The notes: generated by a model from the sequence alone, not told the origin. Counted from the first letter of the stretch, positions 49,701-59,302 are shown. The stretch is DNA of 64,000 bases from an uncultured Oscillospiraceae bacterium (GCA_900542575.1 UQOE01000005.1:43967-107966), one strand, 5' to 3'. Numbers and translations: made by a program.

Positions 49701-49967
49701 ATGTCAGGTTTACAGATGGCCTTTGCCATTGTCTTAATTGTTGTATCGCTTGTAATGATCATTGTTATCAGCCTTCAGAAAAACCGTGAGGCCAACGCAT
49801 CCGGCGTCACCGGTACCAGTGCTGCAGAAATGAACAACAATAACTTCTTTGACAAGTCCGGTGCCCATGCAAAGGACAATACACTTGCCAAGTCCACAAA
49901 GGTACTCGGCGTGCTCTGGGCGGCCATCTCCCTTGCATGTGTTCTTGTTATTCTGTTCGTCAAATAA
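49701..49967 (+). CDS. secG: Preprotein translocase subunit SecG
   Basis: 88-aa two-TM protein with a Gly/Asn-rich loop typical of SecG. GGAGGAA RBS. Confidence 0.85.
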   Translation: MSGLQMAFAIVLIVVSLVMIIVISLQKNREANASGVTGTSAAEMNNNNFFDKSGAHAKDNTLAKSTKVLGVLWAAISLACVLVILFVK

Positions 49968-49998
49968 TCATTTTCAGATGACATTGGGGGAGTGCTTT

Positions 49999-50036
49999 TC
50001 AGCACTCTCTTTTTTCTGATTTTTTCTCGAAAGTAC
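49999..50036 (+). terminator. Rho-independent terminator after secG
   Basis: GAGTGCT-tttc-AGCACTC followed by a T-rich run. Confidence 0.8.
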
Positions 50037-50132
50037 GGGAAAAAATCGAAAAAACTTCTTGACTTCTCCAATGTCATACAGTAGAATATAACACGTTGCA
50101 AGACGACAGCAGACGCCGTCTGAAGCACATAT

Positions 50133-50208
50133 GACTCATTAGCTCAGTTGGCAGAGCACTTGACTTTTAATCAAGGTGTCCGGGGTTCGAATCCCCGATG
50201 GGTCACCA
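50133..50208 (+). tRNA. tRNA-Lys (anticodon UUU), CCA encoded
   Basis: GACTCATTAGCTCAGTTGGCAGAGCA, anticodon loop CTTTTAA, T-arm GGGGTTCGAATCCCC, acceptor complement ATGGGTC (one G-U pair) + A + CCA. Confidence 0.9.
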
Positions 50209-50216
50209 TCTAAAAG

Positions 50217-50258
50217 GCCTTGAATCCACGTAGGTACGTCGGTTCAAGGCTTTTTTTC
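50217..50258 (+). terminator. Rho-independent terminator after tRNA-Lys
   Basis: GCCTTGAA...TTCAAGGC stem followed by a T7 run. Confidence 0.75.
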
Positions 50259-50448
50259 TGTCTCTGGATTCTTTTCCTGGAAGGCCTGGAATACCGCAAA
50301 AAGGGGCTGCTATGGCATAAAGCTATGCAATAGTGTATGCACAATTTGCCCCTGCAACCTCCCTGCTTTCAGATATGCACAATTCCGCAAAAAACGTCTC
50401 TTCTTTTTTACATTTGTAATGCTACAATAGGAACAGGAGGTTTTGTGT

Positions 50449-51075
50449 ATGAAAAAAATATTTGCGGCTTTGCTCGCACTTGCTATGGTACTCTCGCTCT
50501 TCAGCGTCAGTGCGCTGGCAATAGGAAAAGACGCTGCGGGAAACAGCGCGGTCAATACGGGAACGCTCAGCAGCATTCTCGGTCGGAAAAAGGCCACCAG
50601 TTCCAAGAGTGACTTCGTCAATGCCGGCAACGACAACGAAAATATCCATGGCATCGTCGACGTCGGCGTGCCGCTCTCCGACATCGGCTCTGCCAATGAG
50701 AATATTCATGGAATTGTGGGCGTCAAAGTACCGCTCTCCGATATAGGTTCTGCCAATGAGAACGTCCACGGAATTGTCGGCGTCAAGGTGCCGCTCTCCG
50801 ATATCGGATCCGGCAATGAAAACGTCCATGGAAATATCTCTATTACACTGCCGACCGCGAGTGCATCCAACACGGAATCGAAAGATCAGGGCCTTCGCGC
50901 ATTGGTCTCGGCCAGTGTTCCCCTCTCCAACGACAACGGTAAAATCGGACTTTCCAATGTCGGTTCGGAGAACCGCAACCTGCGCGACAACGTCATTAAT
51001 GTTCAAAACACCAATTTAAACGTCAACGTCAACGTAGGAGTTTTTTCCATCATGAATCAGAACGGGACAGTCTGA
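50449..51075 (+). CDS. Secreted protein built from 20-aa tandem repeats (NEN[IV]HGIVGVKVPLSDIGS[AG])
   Basis: Signal peptide (MKKIFAALLALAMVLSLFSVSALA). Three and a third copies of a 20-aa repeat. Asn/Val-rich C-terminus. CAGGAGG RBS 9 nt before the ATG. Confidence 0.65.
   Translation: MKKIFAALLALAMVLSLFSVSALAIGKDAAGNSAVNTGTLSSILGRKKATSSKSDFVNAGNDNENIHGIVDVGVPLSDIGSANENIHGIVGVKVPLSDIGSANENVHGIVGVKVPLSDIGSGNENVHGNISITLPTASASNTESKDQGLRALVSASVPLSNDNGKIGLSNVGSENRNLRDNVINVQNTNLNVNVNVGVFSIMNQNGTV
50635..50850 (+). repeat. 60-bp tandem direct repeat, ~3.3 copies, in-frame within the secreted-protein gene
   Basis: Three successive 60-bp units begin at 50635, 50695 and 50755, plus a partial fourth. 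Confidence 0.85.
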
Positions 51076-51102
51076 CCAGGAGGTTCTGAAAGGAGCAGTT
51101 TC

Positions 51103-51858
51103 ATGCGAATGACCGAGAAGGAGCTTCAGGCCCTGCTGAAAGACAGCATTCCGCTGCGGCATCAGGGAGAAGGGCGCCGTCTGAGCTATCTGCAGGAGCA
51201 GCAGTTTCTCGAGAAAATACAGAGGGGGGAGTATCGAAGCATCTCGGTGCATCCCTTTTCCGAGATCGCGGAGGAGATCGGCAGCGAGGAATGGGATGTG
51301 GAGCCGCGGAAAGCATGCGAATATATCTCGGTCATCCTGATCTCCCAGAGCGTCCGTGCCGCCATGGCAGGCGGCGCTCCGCCTGACTCGGTCAATGAAT
51401 TCGGCGACCGGATGCTGGTACGACTGTCACAGACGGAGGAAATCTCAGAGATGGAAGCCATTCTCAACGATGCTGCGGTCGGGTGTGCCTATCTTGTCTT
51501 TCGCGGAAACAGCGAAACAGCGAAAAATCTGACGGCACGCACCAGGCGCTATGTCGAGAAGCACATCCATGAAAAAATATATCTGCTGCAGATTTCCGAA
51601 AGTCTGGGTGTGAGTACGTCCTATCTGTCCCGTGTATTTTCCCGTTCCGAGGGAATCCCGCTTCAGAATTATATTCAGAGGGAAAAGGTGGAAGAGGGGG
51701 CCAGGATGCTTCTCGACAGCAGCATCTCAGTCTCTGACATAGCCCGGTCTCTCTCTTTTCAGTCCCCTAGTTCATTCGCGGAGGCTTTCCGCAAATGGAA
51801 AGGGGTCTCCCCTTCCCGGTTCCGGGAGCAGTATTTTGTTGAGGAGACCAAAAAGTAA
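51103..51858 (+). CDS. AraC-family transcriptional regulator
   Basis: C-terminal double HTH_AraC (IYLLQISESLGVSTSYLSRVF ... SVSDIARSLSFQSPSSFAEAFRKWKGVSP). Follows the repeat protein by 27 nt with an AGGAG RBS. Confidence 0.8.
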   Translation: MRMTEKELQALLKDSIPLRHQGEGRRLSYLQEQQFLEKIQRGEYRSISVHPFSEIAEEIGSEEWDVEPRKACEYISVILISQSVRAAMAGGAPPDSVNEFGDRMLVRLSQTEEISEMEAILNDAAVGCAYLVFRGNSETAKNLTARTRRYVEKHIHEKIYLLQISESLGVSTSYLSRVFSRSEGIPLQNYIQREKVEEGARMLLDSSISVSDIARSLSFQSPSSFAEAFRKWKGVSPSRFREQYFVEETKK

Positions 51859-52149
51859 GATACAGACTCACCTGTTTTGACCGTGCTCTGTGCTCTGCAG
51901 GGTGCGGCCTTTTTCTGTTACCGCACAAATAGAAAAAACAGAAAAAATTTTTTACTAAATTTGCAAGGATTTTCATTAGACAACAACTGTAGTTTGATGA
52001 AAAGTATGACAAAATGGAAGCAGTTGTACGGAATTTCGTGATACAATCGGACAAAATTGTCGTAATATGCCAGAATCGAACAAATTTGACGAAAAAATAT
52101 AGTTAAGTAAACTAAAAATTGAACTCAAATTGATTCGGAGGCATGTTTT

Positions 52150-53358
52150 ATGAACGTAGGAAAAAAGACTTATTACAACCGTTATCCCACCGTCTTTATC
52201 CACGGTTTCCTCGGCTGGGGATCCGATGATAAGATTGACTCTACGGTTCACTACTGGGGTGCTACCAAAGACAGAGATCTCCTGGCGCATCTTCGGGAAA
52301 AGGGGTATGAAGTCTACAATCCTTCTGTCGGCCCGTTCAATGCAGCGTGGGACCGCTCCTGCGAACTGTATGCCCGCATTATGGGCGGCACTGTCGACTA
52401 CGGCAAAGTCCACAGCGAAAAGTATGGCCACAAGCGCTATGGAAGAACGTATCCCGGATTCTTGAAAGACTGGGGAACCGAGGGCGACCACGCCAAGATC
52501 AACCTGATCGGCCACTCCTTCGGAGGACCGACAGTCCGCATGTTTGCCGAGCTCATGGCAAACGGCAGCGAAGAAGAGCGGGCAGGCACTCCGGCCGGCG
52601 AGCTCAGCGGCCTTTTCGAGGGCGGCCACAAGGATATGATTCATACCGTAACGACACTCTCCGGCGTCAACAACGGTACCACCTATGATGATCTGCACGG
52701 AAAGAAAGGTATGGAATTCGTCACCCGCCTCCTGCTGGAACAGATTGTCCGGGTCGGCGATTCCCGTTATATGCGGTTTAAAGACTACCATATGGAGCAG
52801 TGGGAACTGATGGATGACCCGGTCCACAACAAACGGTTCCATCTTCAGCGGCCGGCGGCCCGGTATAAACAGATTAAACGGTTTTTGAATAACAACTTCG
52901 ACAATATCGGGTATGAGATGAGCCTGGAAGGCATGAGCGAGATCAATGAGAAGATTCAGCCCCAGAGCAATACTTATTACTTTGCACGGCGCGCCTGCCG
53001 GACCCACCCGGACCGAAAGGGCAACCAGGTTCCGGACAAGAATATGAGTGCTTTCTGCGATATCCCGGGATTCCTGAGCGGACGCTATATCAATAATGAT
53101 CTGAAGAAGTACGGCTTCAGCCGGAAATGGCTTCCGAATGACGGATTCGTCAACACGGAAGGTCTCTCGGCGCCGCTCAACGAGCCGTATGTTGACTGGG
53201 ATCCGACGGTACAGCTGAAACCCGGTCTCTGGTACAATATGCCGGTGGAGGACAAAGACCATATGTCCTGGATGGGATTTGGTGAAAAGACCACGGTTCT
53301 GTTCCGCTATTATGAAGACATGCTGGAGCTGTTCCGCATGCTTCCGGACGGCGAATAA
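52150..53358 (+). CDS. Lipase-like alpha/beta hydrolase (Bacillus/Staphylococcus-type triacylglycerol lipase family)
   Basis: N-terminal PTVFIHGFLGWG and nucleophile elbow GHSFGG. No signal peptide recognised. Preceded by a ~290-bp AT-rich spacer. GGAGG RBS. Confidence 0.7.
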   Translation: MNVGKKTYYNRYPTVFIHGFLGWGSDDKIDSTVHYWGATKDRDLLAHLREKGYEVYNPSVGPFNAAWDRSCELYARIMGGTVDYGKVHSEKYGHKRYGRTYPGFLKDWGTEGDHAKINLIGHSFGGPTVRMFAELMANGSEEERAGTPAGELSGLFEGGHKDMIHTVTTLSGVNNGTTYDDLHGKKGMEFVTRLLLEQIVRVGDSRYMRFKDYHMEQWELMDDPVHNKRFHLQRPAARYKQIKRFLNNNFDNIGYEMSLEGMSEINEKIQPQSNTYYFARRACRTHPDRKGNQVPDKNMSAFCDIPGFLSGRYINNDLKKYGFSRKWLPNDGFVNTEGLSAPLNEPYVDWDPTVQLKPGLWYNMPVEDKDHMSWMGFGEKTTVLFRYYEDMLELFRMLPDGE

Positions 53359-53380
53359 AAGAATATAATATACTGTCTGC

Positions 53381-53420
53381 GAGGCAGGCCGGGATTCCGG
53401 CCTGCCTCTTTACTTTTTAC
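53381..53420 (+). terminator. Rho-independent terminator after lipase gene
   Basis: GAGGCAGGCCGG-gatt-CCGGCCTGCCTC (12-bp stem) followed by TTTACTTTTTA. Confidence 0.85.
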
Positions 53421-53550
53421 GGCAACTTTGATAGAATTTGTTTCGTTCAAAAGCGGATGGTATTCCCCAATGGGAAACTGTACCGACGATTTGACTCTAT
53501 GGGAAGGCAGAAGATAGCATCCAGTCCAAAGGAAAGGACAGGGTGATGCC

Positions 53551-54405
53551 ATGAACATCGGCTTTCTAGGCGCGGGAAAAGTAGGCTTTACTCTCGGCAG
53601 ATTTTTCACCGAAGAAGGACTTCCGCTGACCGGTTATTACAACCGGCATCGAGAAGCCGCAGAAGAGGCTGCCCGTTTTACGGGTTCGGCCATGTTTGAA
53701 AGCATGCAGCAGCTGGTTCAGATGAGCGATGTTATCTTTTTTACCGTTCCGGACGGTGCAGTTATACCGGTCTACCGGAGCATTCCCAAAGACCTTCTCG
53801 CAGGGAAACAGCTTTGTCATTGCAGCGGTGCACTGACTGCGGAGGACGCTTTTCCGGGCGCCGCTCAGGCAGGCGCATCTATATTGTCTATCCACCCGCT
53901 CTTTCCGGTCAGCAGCAAATCTGCCTCTTACCGGGAACTGAAGGGTGCTTTTTTCTGTCTGGAAGGAGATACGAAGTGCGTCCATGCCTGGAGTGAAAGG
54001 CTCCATGGGTTCGGCTGCCCGACCATCTCCGTCCGGGCTGCCGACAAAGTGCGCTATCATGCGGCCTGTACCATTTCTTCCAATCTTGTCTGCGCCCTGG
54101 TGCAGGAGAGCCTGGATCTGCTTGCTGCATGCGGGCTCTCGGAGCAGACCGCTCTGAGAGCGCTGACACCACTCATCCGCTCCAACCTGGAACACATCCT
54201 GGAGGTCGGGCCGCAGCAGGCACTGACTGGACCGGTAGAGCGCAACGATACCGGGACGGTCGCCGGACACCTGAGGGCAATCGAACGCCGGAGCGATCTT
54301 GATCTGTATCGCGCAGGGTCGGAAAGACTGACTGAGATGGCCGAACAGCGTCATCCGGACCGGGATTATTCCGCTATGCATCATCAACTGGAGAAGGAGT
54401 CCTGA
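53551..54405 (+). CDS. DUF2520 Rossmann-fold protein, PanG-like putative ketopantoate reductase
   Basis: N-terminal IGFLGAGKVG dinucleotide-binding motif. Sits immediately upstream of panB-panC-panD, as PanG-type ketopantoate reductases do. Confidence 0.6.
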   Translation: MNIGFLGAGKVGFTLGRFFTEEGLPLTGYYNRHREAAEEAARFTGSAMFESMQQLVQMSDVIFFTVPDGAVIPVYRSIPKDLLAGKQLCHCSGALTAEDAFPGAAQAGASILSIHPLFPVSSKSASYRELKGAFFCLEGDTKCVHAWSERLHGFGCPTISVRAADKVRYHAACTISSNLVCALVQESLDLLAACGLSEQTALRALTPLIRSNLEHILEVGPQQALTGPVERNDTGTVAGHLRAIERRSDLDLYRAGSERLTEMAEQRHPDRDYSAMHHQLEKES

Positions 54406-54408
54406 GTT

Positions 54409-55272
54409 ATGAAAAACACTGTCAGCACGCTGCTCCGCCGCAAGTCGGAGGGGGAAAAGCTGTCGATGATTACCGCCTACGACTACACCACAGCACGGCT
54501 GGTAGATGATTCCGGAATTGACATGGTTCTGGTGGGCGACAGCCTTGGCATGACCATGCAGGGGTATGAAAATACGATTCCCGTAACAATGGAAGAATCT
54601 ATTGTCTATGGCCGAAGTGTGGCCCGCGGCTGTCAGAATGCCCTTGTCATCATGGACATGCCTTTTATGAGCTATCAGACCTCTCCGGAACAGGCGCTGG
54701 AGAATGCCGGACGACTCATGAAGGAGACGATGGCCGACGCGGTCAAGCTGGAGGGCGGAAAAGAGGTCTGCCCGCAGATCCGGGCTATTACGGCTGCGGG
54801 GATTCCGGTCTGTGCCCACATCGGCATGACGCCCCAGTCGGTGCACGCTATGGGCGGATTCCGCGTCCAGGGCAAAGATGAGGCCAACGCACGACGAATT
54901 CTGGAAGACGCCCTTGCTGTGGAAGAGGCCGGAGCCTTTGCTGTGGTTCTGGAGTGTATTCCGCCGAAACTGGGAGCACTGATTACGGAGAAGCTGAACA
55001 TTATTACAGTCGGCATCGGCGCCGGTGTCTGCTGCGATGCCCAGGTCCTGGTCTATCAGGATATGCTCGGTATGACAGAAGGCCGTACACCGAAATTCGT
55101 CCGCCGGTTCGGCGAGATCGGGGAGGCCATGAAAAAAGCTTTCCAGGACTATGACCAAAGCGTCAAACAGGGAACTTTCCCGACCGAACAGGAGTCCTAC
55201 CTTAAGAGCGACCTCTCGGAGGAGCTCTATCAGATATTGAAAGATGATTACGAAGGGAACGAGATTCTATGA
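54409..55272 (+). CDS. panB: 3-methyl-2-oxobutanoate hydroxymethyltransferase
   Basis: TAYDY and VGDSLGMT motifs. Confidence 0.9.
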   Translation: MKNTVSTLLRRKSEGEKLSMITAYDYTTARLVDDSGIDMVLVGDSLGMTMQGYENTIPVTMEESIVYGRSVARGCQNALVIMDMPFMSYQTSPEQALENAGRLMKETMADAVKLEGGKEVCPQIRAITAAGIPVCAHIGMTPQSVHAMGGFRVQGKDEANARRILEDALAVEEAGAFAVVLECIPPKLGALITEKLNIITVGIGAGVCCDAQVLVYQDMLGMTEGRTPKFVRRFGEIGEAMKKAFQDYDQSVKQGTFPTEQESYLKSDLSEELYQILKDDYEGNEIL

Positions 55273-56129
55273 TCATTGCAGAGACCATTGCAGATGTCCG
55301 CAAAAATGTAAAAGAGTGGAAGCAGCAGGGACTGACCGTCGGCCTGGTTCCGACAATGGGCTATCTCCATGAGGGTCATGCCAGCCTGGTCGATAAGGCT
55401 GTCTCCATGTGCGACCGGGTTGTCGTCTCCGACTTTGTCAACCCCACCCAGTTCGGCCCCAATGAGGACCTAGACACCTACCCGCGGGACTTCAAGCGCG
55501 ACTGTGCTCTGCTGGAAGCCCACGGTGCAGATCTTGTCTTCCACCCGGCGGTCTCCGAGATGTACGATCCAGATGCGGCCACCTATGTGGAAATTTTGAG
55601 CGATATGCCGAAACAGCTCTGCGGAAAGACCCGCCCAATCCACTTCCGCGGTGTCTGTACCGTTGTCTCGAAACTGTTTCATATCGTTACGCCGGATAAG
55701 GCGTTCTTTGGACAGAAAGATGCCCAGCAGCTGGCCATTATCCGTAAAATGGTCCGCGATCTATCCTTCGACATTGAGATCGTCGGCTGTCCGATCGTCC
55801 GGGAGCCCGACGGCCTGGCACGCTCTTCCCGCAACACGTATCTGAGCCCGGAGGAGAGACAGGCTGCACTCGTGCTCTCCCGGTCCATCGCGCTCGGAAA
55901 GCAGCTTGTGGAGGGCGGCGAAACCGACGCCCGGGAGATCGAGCGGAAGATGACAGAGGAAATTGAAAAAGAGCCGATGGCCAAGATCGATTATGTCTCT
56001 GTTGTCAACGGAACGACGATGATGCCCTCCGAGAAAATCGACGGCAATAACCTTGTTGCCATTGCCGTCTATATTGGAAAGACCCGCCTTATTGACAACT
56101 TTATCGTGGAAGGAGATCTTATTCAGTGA
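55269..56129 (+). CDS. panC: Pantoate--beta-alanine ligase
   Basis: [14 protein letters not shown]-type motif and FFGQKDAQQ. Overlaps the panB stop. Confidence 0.9.
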   Translation: MIIAETIADVRKNVKEWKQQGLTVGLVPTMGYLHEGHASLVDKAVSMCDRVVVSDFVNPTQFGPNEDLDTYPRDFKRDCALLEAHGADLVFHPAVSEMYDPDAATYVEILSDMPKQLCGKTRPIHFRGVCTVVSKLFHIVTPDKAFFGQKDAQQLAIIRKMVRDLSFDIEIVGCPIVREPDGLARSSRNTYLSPEERQAALVLSRSIALGKQLVEGGETDAREIERKMTEEIEKEPMAKIDYVSVVNGTTMMPSEKIDGNNLVAIAVYIGKTRLIDNFIVEGDLIQ

Positions 56130-56518
56130 CCATCACGATGCTGAAAGGAAAAATTCACCGCGCCACGGTCCGGCAGTCGGAGCTCAATTATGTCGGATCC
56201 ATAACAGTGGACGCTGAACTTCTGGATGCAGCCGGCATCCTGGAATATGAGAAGGTTCAGATTGCCGACGTGGACAACGGGGCACGGTTTGAGACCTACA
56301 CCATTGCAGGGGAGCCCGGCTCCGGCATGATCTGCCTGAACGGCGCTGCAGCCCGCTGCGTCAATAAAGGCGACAAGATTATCATTATGTCTTATGCAGA
56401 GATGACGCCGGAGGAGGCCCGTACCTTCTCGCCGAAAGTTGTATTTGTAGATGAGAACAATCTGATCTCCCGTGTGACCCGCTATGAGAAGCACGGGCAG
56501 CTCTATGATGCGGAGTAA
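56126..56518 (+). CDS. panD: Aspartate 1-decarboxylase
   Basis: [12 protein letters not shown]... and GSIT (Gly-Ser self-cleavage site). GTG start overlapping the panC stop. Confidence 0.9.
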   Translation: MTITMLKGKIHRATVRQSELNYVGSITVDAELLDAAGILEYEKVQIADVDNGARFETYTIAGEPGSGMICLNGAAARCVNKGDKIIIMSYAEMTPEEARTFSPKVVFVDENNLISRVTRYEKHGQLYDAE

Positions 56519-56521
56519 CCT

Positions 56522-57721
56522 ATGCGAGATTTGACCGGAAAATGTGTGCTGCTCGGCGTGACAGGCGGCATTGCCGCCTATAAGATGGCCAATGTCGCCA
56601 GCGCTCTGACGAAAGCCGGTGCGGACGTTCATGTCATTCTGACCGAACACGCGCAGGAGTTCATCACGCCCCTGACCTTTGAGACGCTGACCCATAACGC
56701 CTGTGTCACAGATACCTTTGACCGCAGCACCCCGTATGAGGTGACGCATATCTCGCTGGCAAAGGCGGCCGACCTTATTCTGATTGCGCCGGCAACGGCA
56801 AATATCATTGCCAAGCTGGTCCATGGCATTGCCGACGATATGCTGACCACAACGGTGCTGGCTGCCCGCTGCCCCAAATATGCGGCACCGGCAATGAACA
56901 CGGCTATGTATGAAAATCCCATTACCCAGGAAAATATTCAGACTCTGAAGCGGTTTGGGTTTCAGATCATTCTGCCTGCTTCCGGTCATCTCGCCTGCGG
57001 GGACAGCGGGGTCGGAAAGCTGCCGGAGCCCGAGATCCTCACGGAACGGGTGGAGCGGGAGCTGGCAGAGGAGAAGACGATGGCCGGCGTCCGCATCACC
57101 GTGACGGCCGGTCCTACCCGCGAGAAGATCGATCCGGTGCGTTTTCTCACCAATTACAGCTCCGGCCGAATGGGCTATGCAATTGCCCGTGAGGCCGTTC
57201 TGCGCGGCGCAGATGTCCGGCTGATCTCCGGCCCGACCGCGTTGTCTGAGGTCCCGGGGGCAAAGTTCTGTCCTGTGGAGTCGGCGGCAGACATGTTTGA
57301 AGCGGTGAAGGAGGCAATTCCGCAGACGGACATTCTTATCATGTCAGCTGCAGTCGCCGACTTCACGCCGGCCCATTATGCCGATCAAAAAATTCATAAG
57401 GGCGAGGGCGAAGAGATGCTGCCGCTTCGGCGGACCCAGGACATTCTGGAATGGGTGGGAGATCATCGCCGCGAAGGACTCTTTGTCTGCGGCTTTTCTA
57501 TGGAGACCGAAGATCTTCTGGCACATTCCCGCGAAAAGCTTCACCGGAAATCTATGGATCTGATTGTCGCCAACAGTATCCGGGAAGAGGGGGCCGGATT
57601 CGGGGTCCCTACCAATAAAGTTACCCTGATTACCGAAGAACGCATTGAGCCGCTGCCTCTGATGCCGAAGGAAGATGTGGCCGCCGCCCTGCTCGATTCC
57701 ATCACGGAGATGCGCAAATGA
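56522..57721 (+). CDS. coaBC: Bifunctional phosphopantothenoylcysteine decarboxylase / phosphopantothenate-cysteine ligase
   Basis: N-terminal flavoprotein (GVTGGIAAYK) and a C-terminal CoaB domain. Confidence 0.9.
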   Translation: MRDLTGKCVLLGVTGGIAAYKMANVASALTKAGADVHVILTEHAQEFITPLTFETLTHNACVTDTFDRSTPYEVTHISLAKAADLILIAPATANIIAKLVHGIADDMLTTTVLAARCPKYAAPAMNTAMYENPITQENIQTLKRFGFQIILPASGHLACGDSGVGKLPEPEILTERVERELAEEKTMAGVRITVTAGPTREKIDPVRFLTNYSSGRMGYAIAREAVLRGADVRLISGPTALSEVPGAKFCPVESAADMFEAVKEAIPQTDILIMSAAVADFTPAHYADQKIHKGEGEEMLPLRRTQDILEWVGDHRREGLFVCGFSMETEDLLAHSREKLHRKSMDLIVANSIREEGAGFGVPTNKVTLITEERIEPLPLMPKEDVAAALLDSITEMRK

Positions 57722-58488
57722 TATTAGCTGTTGATATTGGGAATACCACCGTTCGCTTCTGCTCGGTCTCCCGTCAGGGGGCGGAGTTTCAAGTGGAGAA
57801 CTCAATTCGCTATCCGACCGACGGTTTCGCATTTCCCTACTTTGCGGACGCCGGACTCAGCCCGGATCTGTTTGAGGGCGCAGTTATAAGCAGCGTGGTC
57901 CCTTCCCGCACTGCGCTGCTGACCGATCTGCTCTCTGACGCCATGGGAAAACCTCCTCTGGTTGTCACATCTGAGACGGACTTTCACATGCCCTGTGCGG
58001 TGAAATACCCGGATCGCCTCGGGACGGATCGGCTGGTAGATGCCTGCTATGCCAAAATGGTTTACCCGCTGCCGCTGATTACCGTAGATGCGGGCACGGC
58101 TGTTACGCTCAACGCCGTGGACCGCGATGGCAGGTTCCTCGGCGGCGCCATTGCCCCCGGTCTGGAACTCGCCATGGGCTCGCTGCATGAGCACACGGCC
58201 CAGCTCTCCTCAGAAGTCCTCTCTGCGCCTGAACATGTCATTGGAACGGATACACGGGAATGTATGCTCTCCGGCGTTGTAGCCGGCACGGCCGGGCTGG
58301 TAGAGGGTCTGGTCCGCCGCATGTCCGAGGAGATGGGAGAGGGGACCTCTGTGGTCCTGACCGGAGGCGGTTCCCGTTATTTTATGCCGTTTCTGACCAT
58401 ACCGTATCACTATGAGCCAGATCTCCAGATGAAAGGCCTTGCCATGCTATATCTCTGGAACGGCACTTCAGAAGGACAGAGGGAATAA
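57718..58488 (+). CDS. coaX: Type III pantothenate kinase
   Basis: LAVDIGNT N-terminus and an ASKHA fold. Confidence 0.85.
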   Translation: MILAVDIGNTTVRFCSVSRQGAEFQVENSIRYPTDGFAFPYFADAGLSPDLFEGAVISSVVPSRTALLTDLLSDAMGKPPLVVTSETDFHMPCAVKYPDRLGTDRLVDACYAKMVYPLPLITVDAGTAVTLNAVDRDGRFLGGAIAPGLELAMGSLHEHTAQLSSEVLSAPEHVIGTDTRECMLSGVVAGTAGLVEGLVRRMSEEMGEGTSVVLTGGGSRYFMPFLTIPYHYEPDLQMKGLAMLYLWNGTSEGQRE

Positions 58489-58492
58489 GAAA

Positions 58493-59302
58493 ATGCCAAG
58501 CTGTTATACCCATCATATCTATTCGGAACAGGTTCTGCACGCTCTGCCGAAGCAATACCGGGAAATCATTCAGCGCCATAAGGAGCTGTTTGCCTGGGGG
58601 GCAGAGGGGCCGGACCTGTTTTTCTTTTTTATGCCGGGCTTCTATATGAATCCCGTCTGCAAACTTGGATTTCAGATGCACCGAAGACCGGGACAGGACT
58701 TTTTTCAGAGCGCAGCAAAGGTGCTGCGGGAAGACGGCTTCCCGGAGGCGGAACTCTCCTACCTCTACGGCTTTCTGACCCACTTTGTTCTGGACCGGAT
58801 CTGTCATGAGAAGATCTACCGCGCCGTGGAGAAAGGGGTTGCCTCACACAATGAAATTGAGACTGAGGTGGACCGTGCGCTGCTGGTAAAAGAGGGAAAA
58901 GACCCCATCACGGCCAGCCGTGTAGGTTTTCTGGAAAACCAGAAGGAGTATGCCGAGCTCATTTCCCGCTTTTTCCCGTTTCCGGCCTCCGCGGTGAAAA
59001 TATCTATGGATTCTGCCATCCGCGACCGCAGGCTGATTACCACCTCCAGCCGGAAGAAGCGCAAAGCGCTGTATGGTCTGATGAAGTTCTGCCATGTCTA
59101 CGATTGGATGCACGGTGTCATTGTCAATCGTCTGCCTTCTCGCGACTGTGCCGGCACAACCCAAATGCTGCTTCATACCATGTCCGATGCGGTTCCGACG
59201 GCGGTAAGCCTGATTCGGGACTTTCAGAGCACCGCAGAGGGGAAAAATCCCTGGGCCCCCTTCTATCAGGACGATTTCTGCGGGAATTATTATCGAAAAT
59301 AG
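58493..59302 (+). CDS. Putative zinc-dependent phospholipase C-family / metal-dependent hydrolase-like protein
   Basis: N-terminal CYTHH...WGAEGPDLFFF pattern resembles bacterial Zn_dep_PLPC-family proteins. Weak call from memory of the family. Confidence 0.45.
   Translation: MPSCYTHHIYSEQVLHALPKQYREIIQRHKELFAWGAEGPDLFFFFMPGFYMNPVCKLGFQMHRRPGQDFFQSAAKVLREDGFPEAELSYLYGFLTHFVLDRICHEKIYRAVEKGVASHNEIETEVDRALLVKEGKDPITASRVGFLENQKEYAELISRFFPFPASAVKISMDSAIRDRRLITTSSRKKRKALYGLMKFCHVYDWMHGVIVNRLPSRDCAGTTQMLLHTMSDAVPTAVSLIRDFQSTAEGKNPWAPFYQDDFCGNYYRK

Noticed and set aside
50209-53550. Possible integrated element at tRNA-Lys with att duplication
   Set aside because: I could not find a copy of the tRNA-Lys 3' segment (GGTTCGAATCCCCGATGGGTCACCA) downstream, nor an integrase. 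Kept only as a low-confidence island hypothesis, not called a mobile element.
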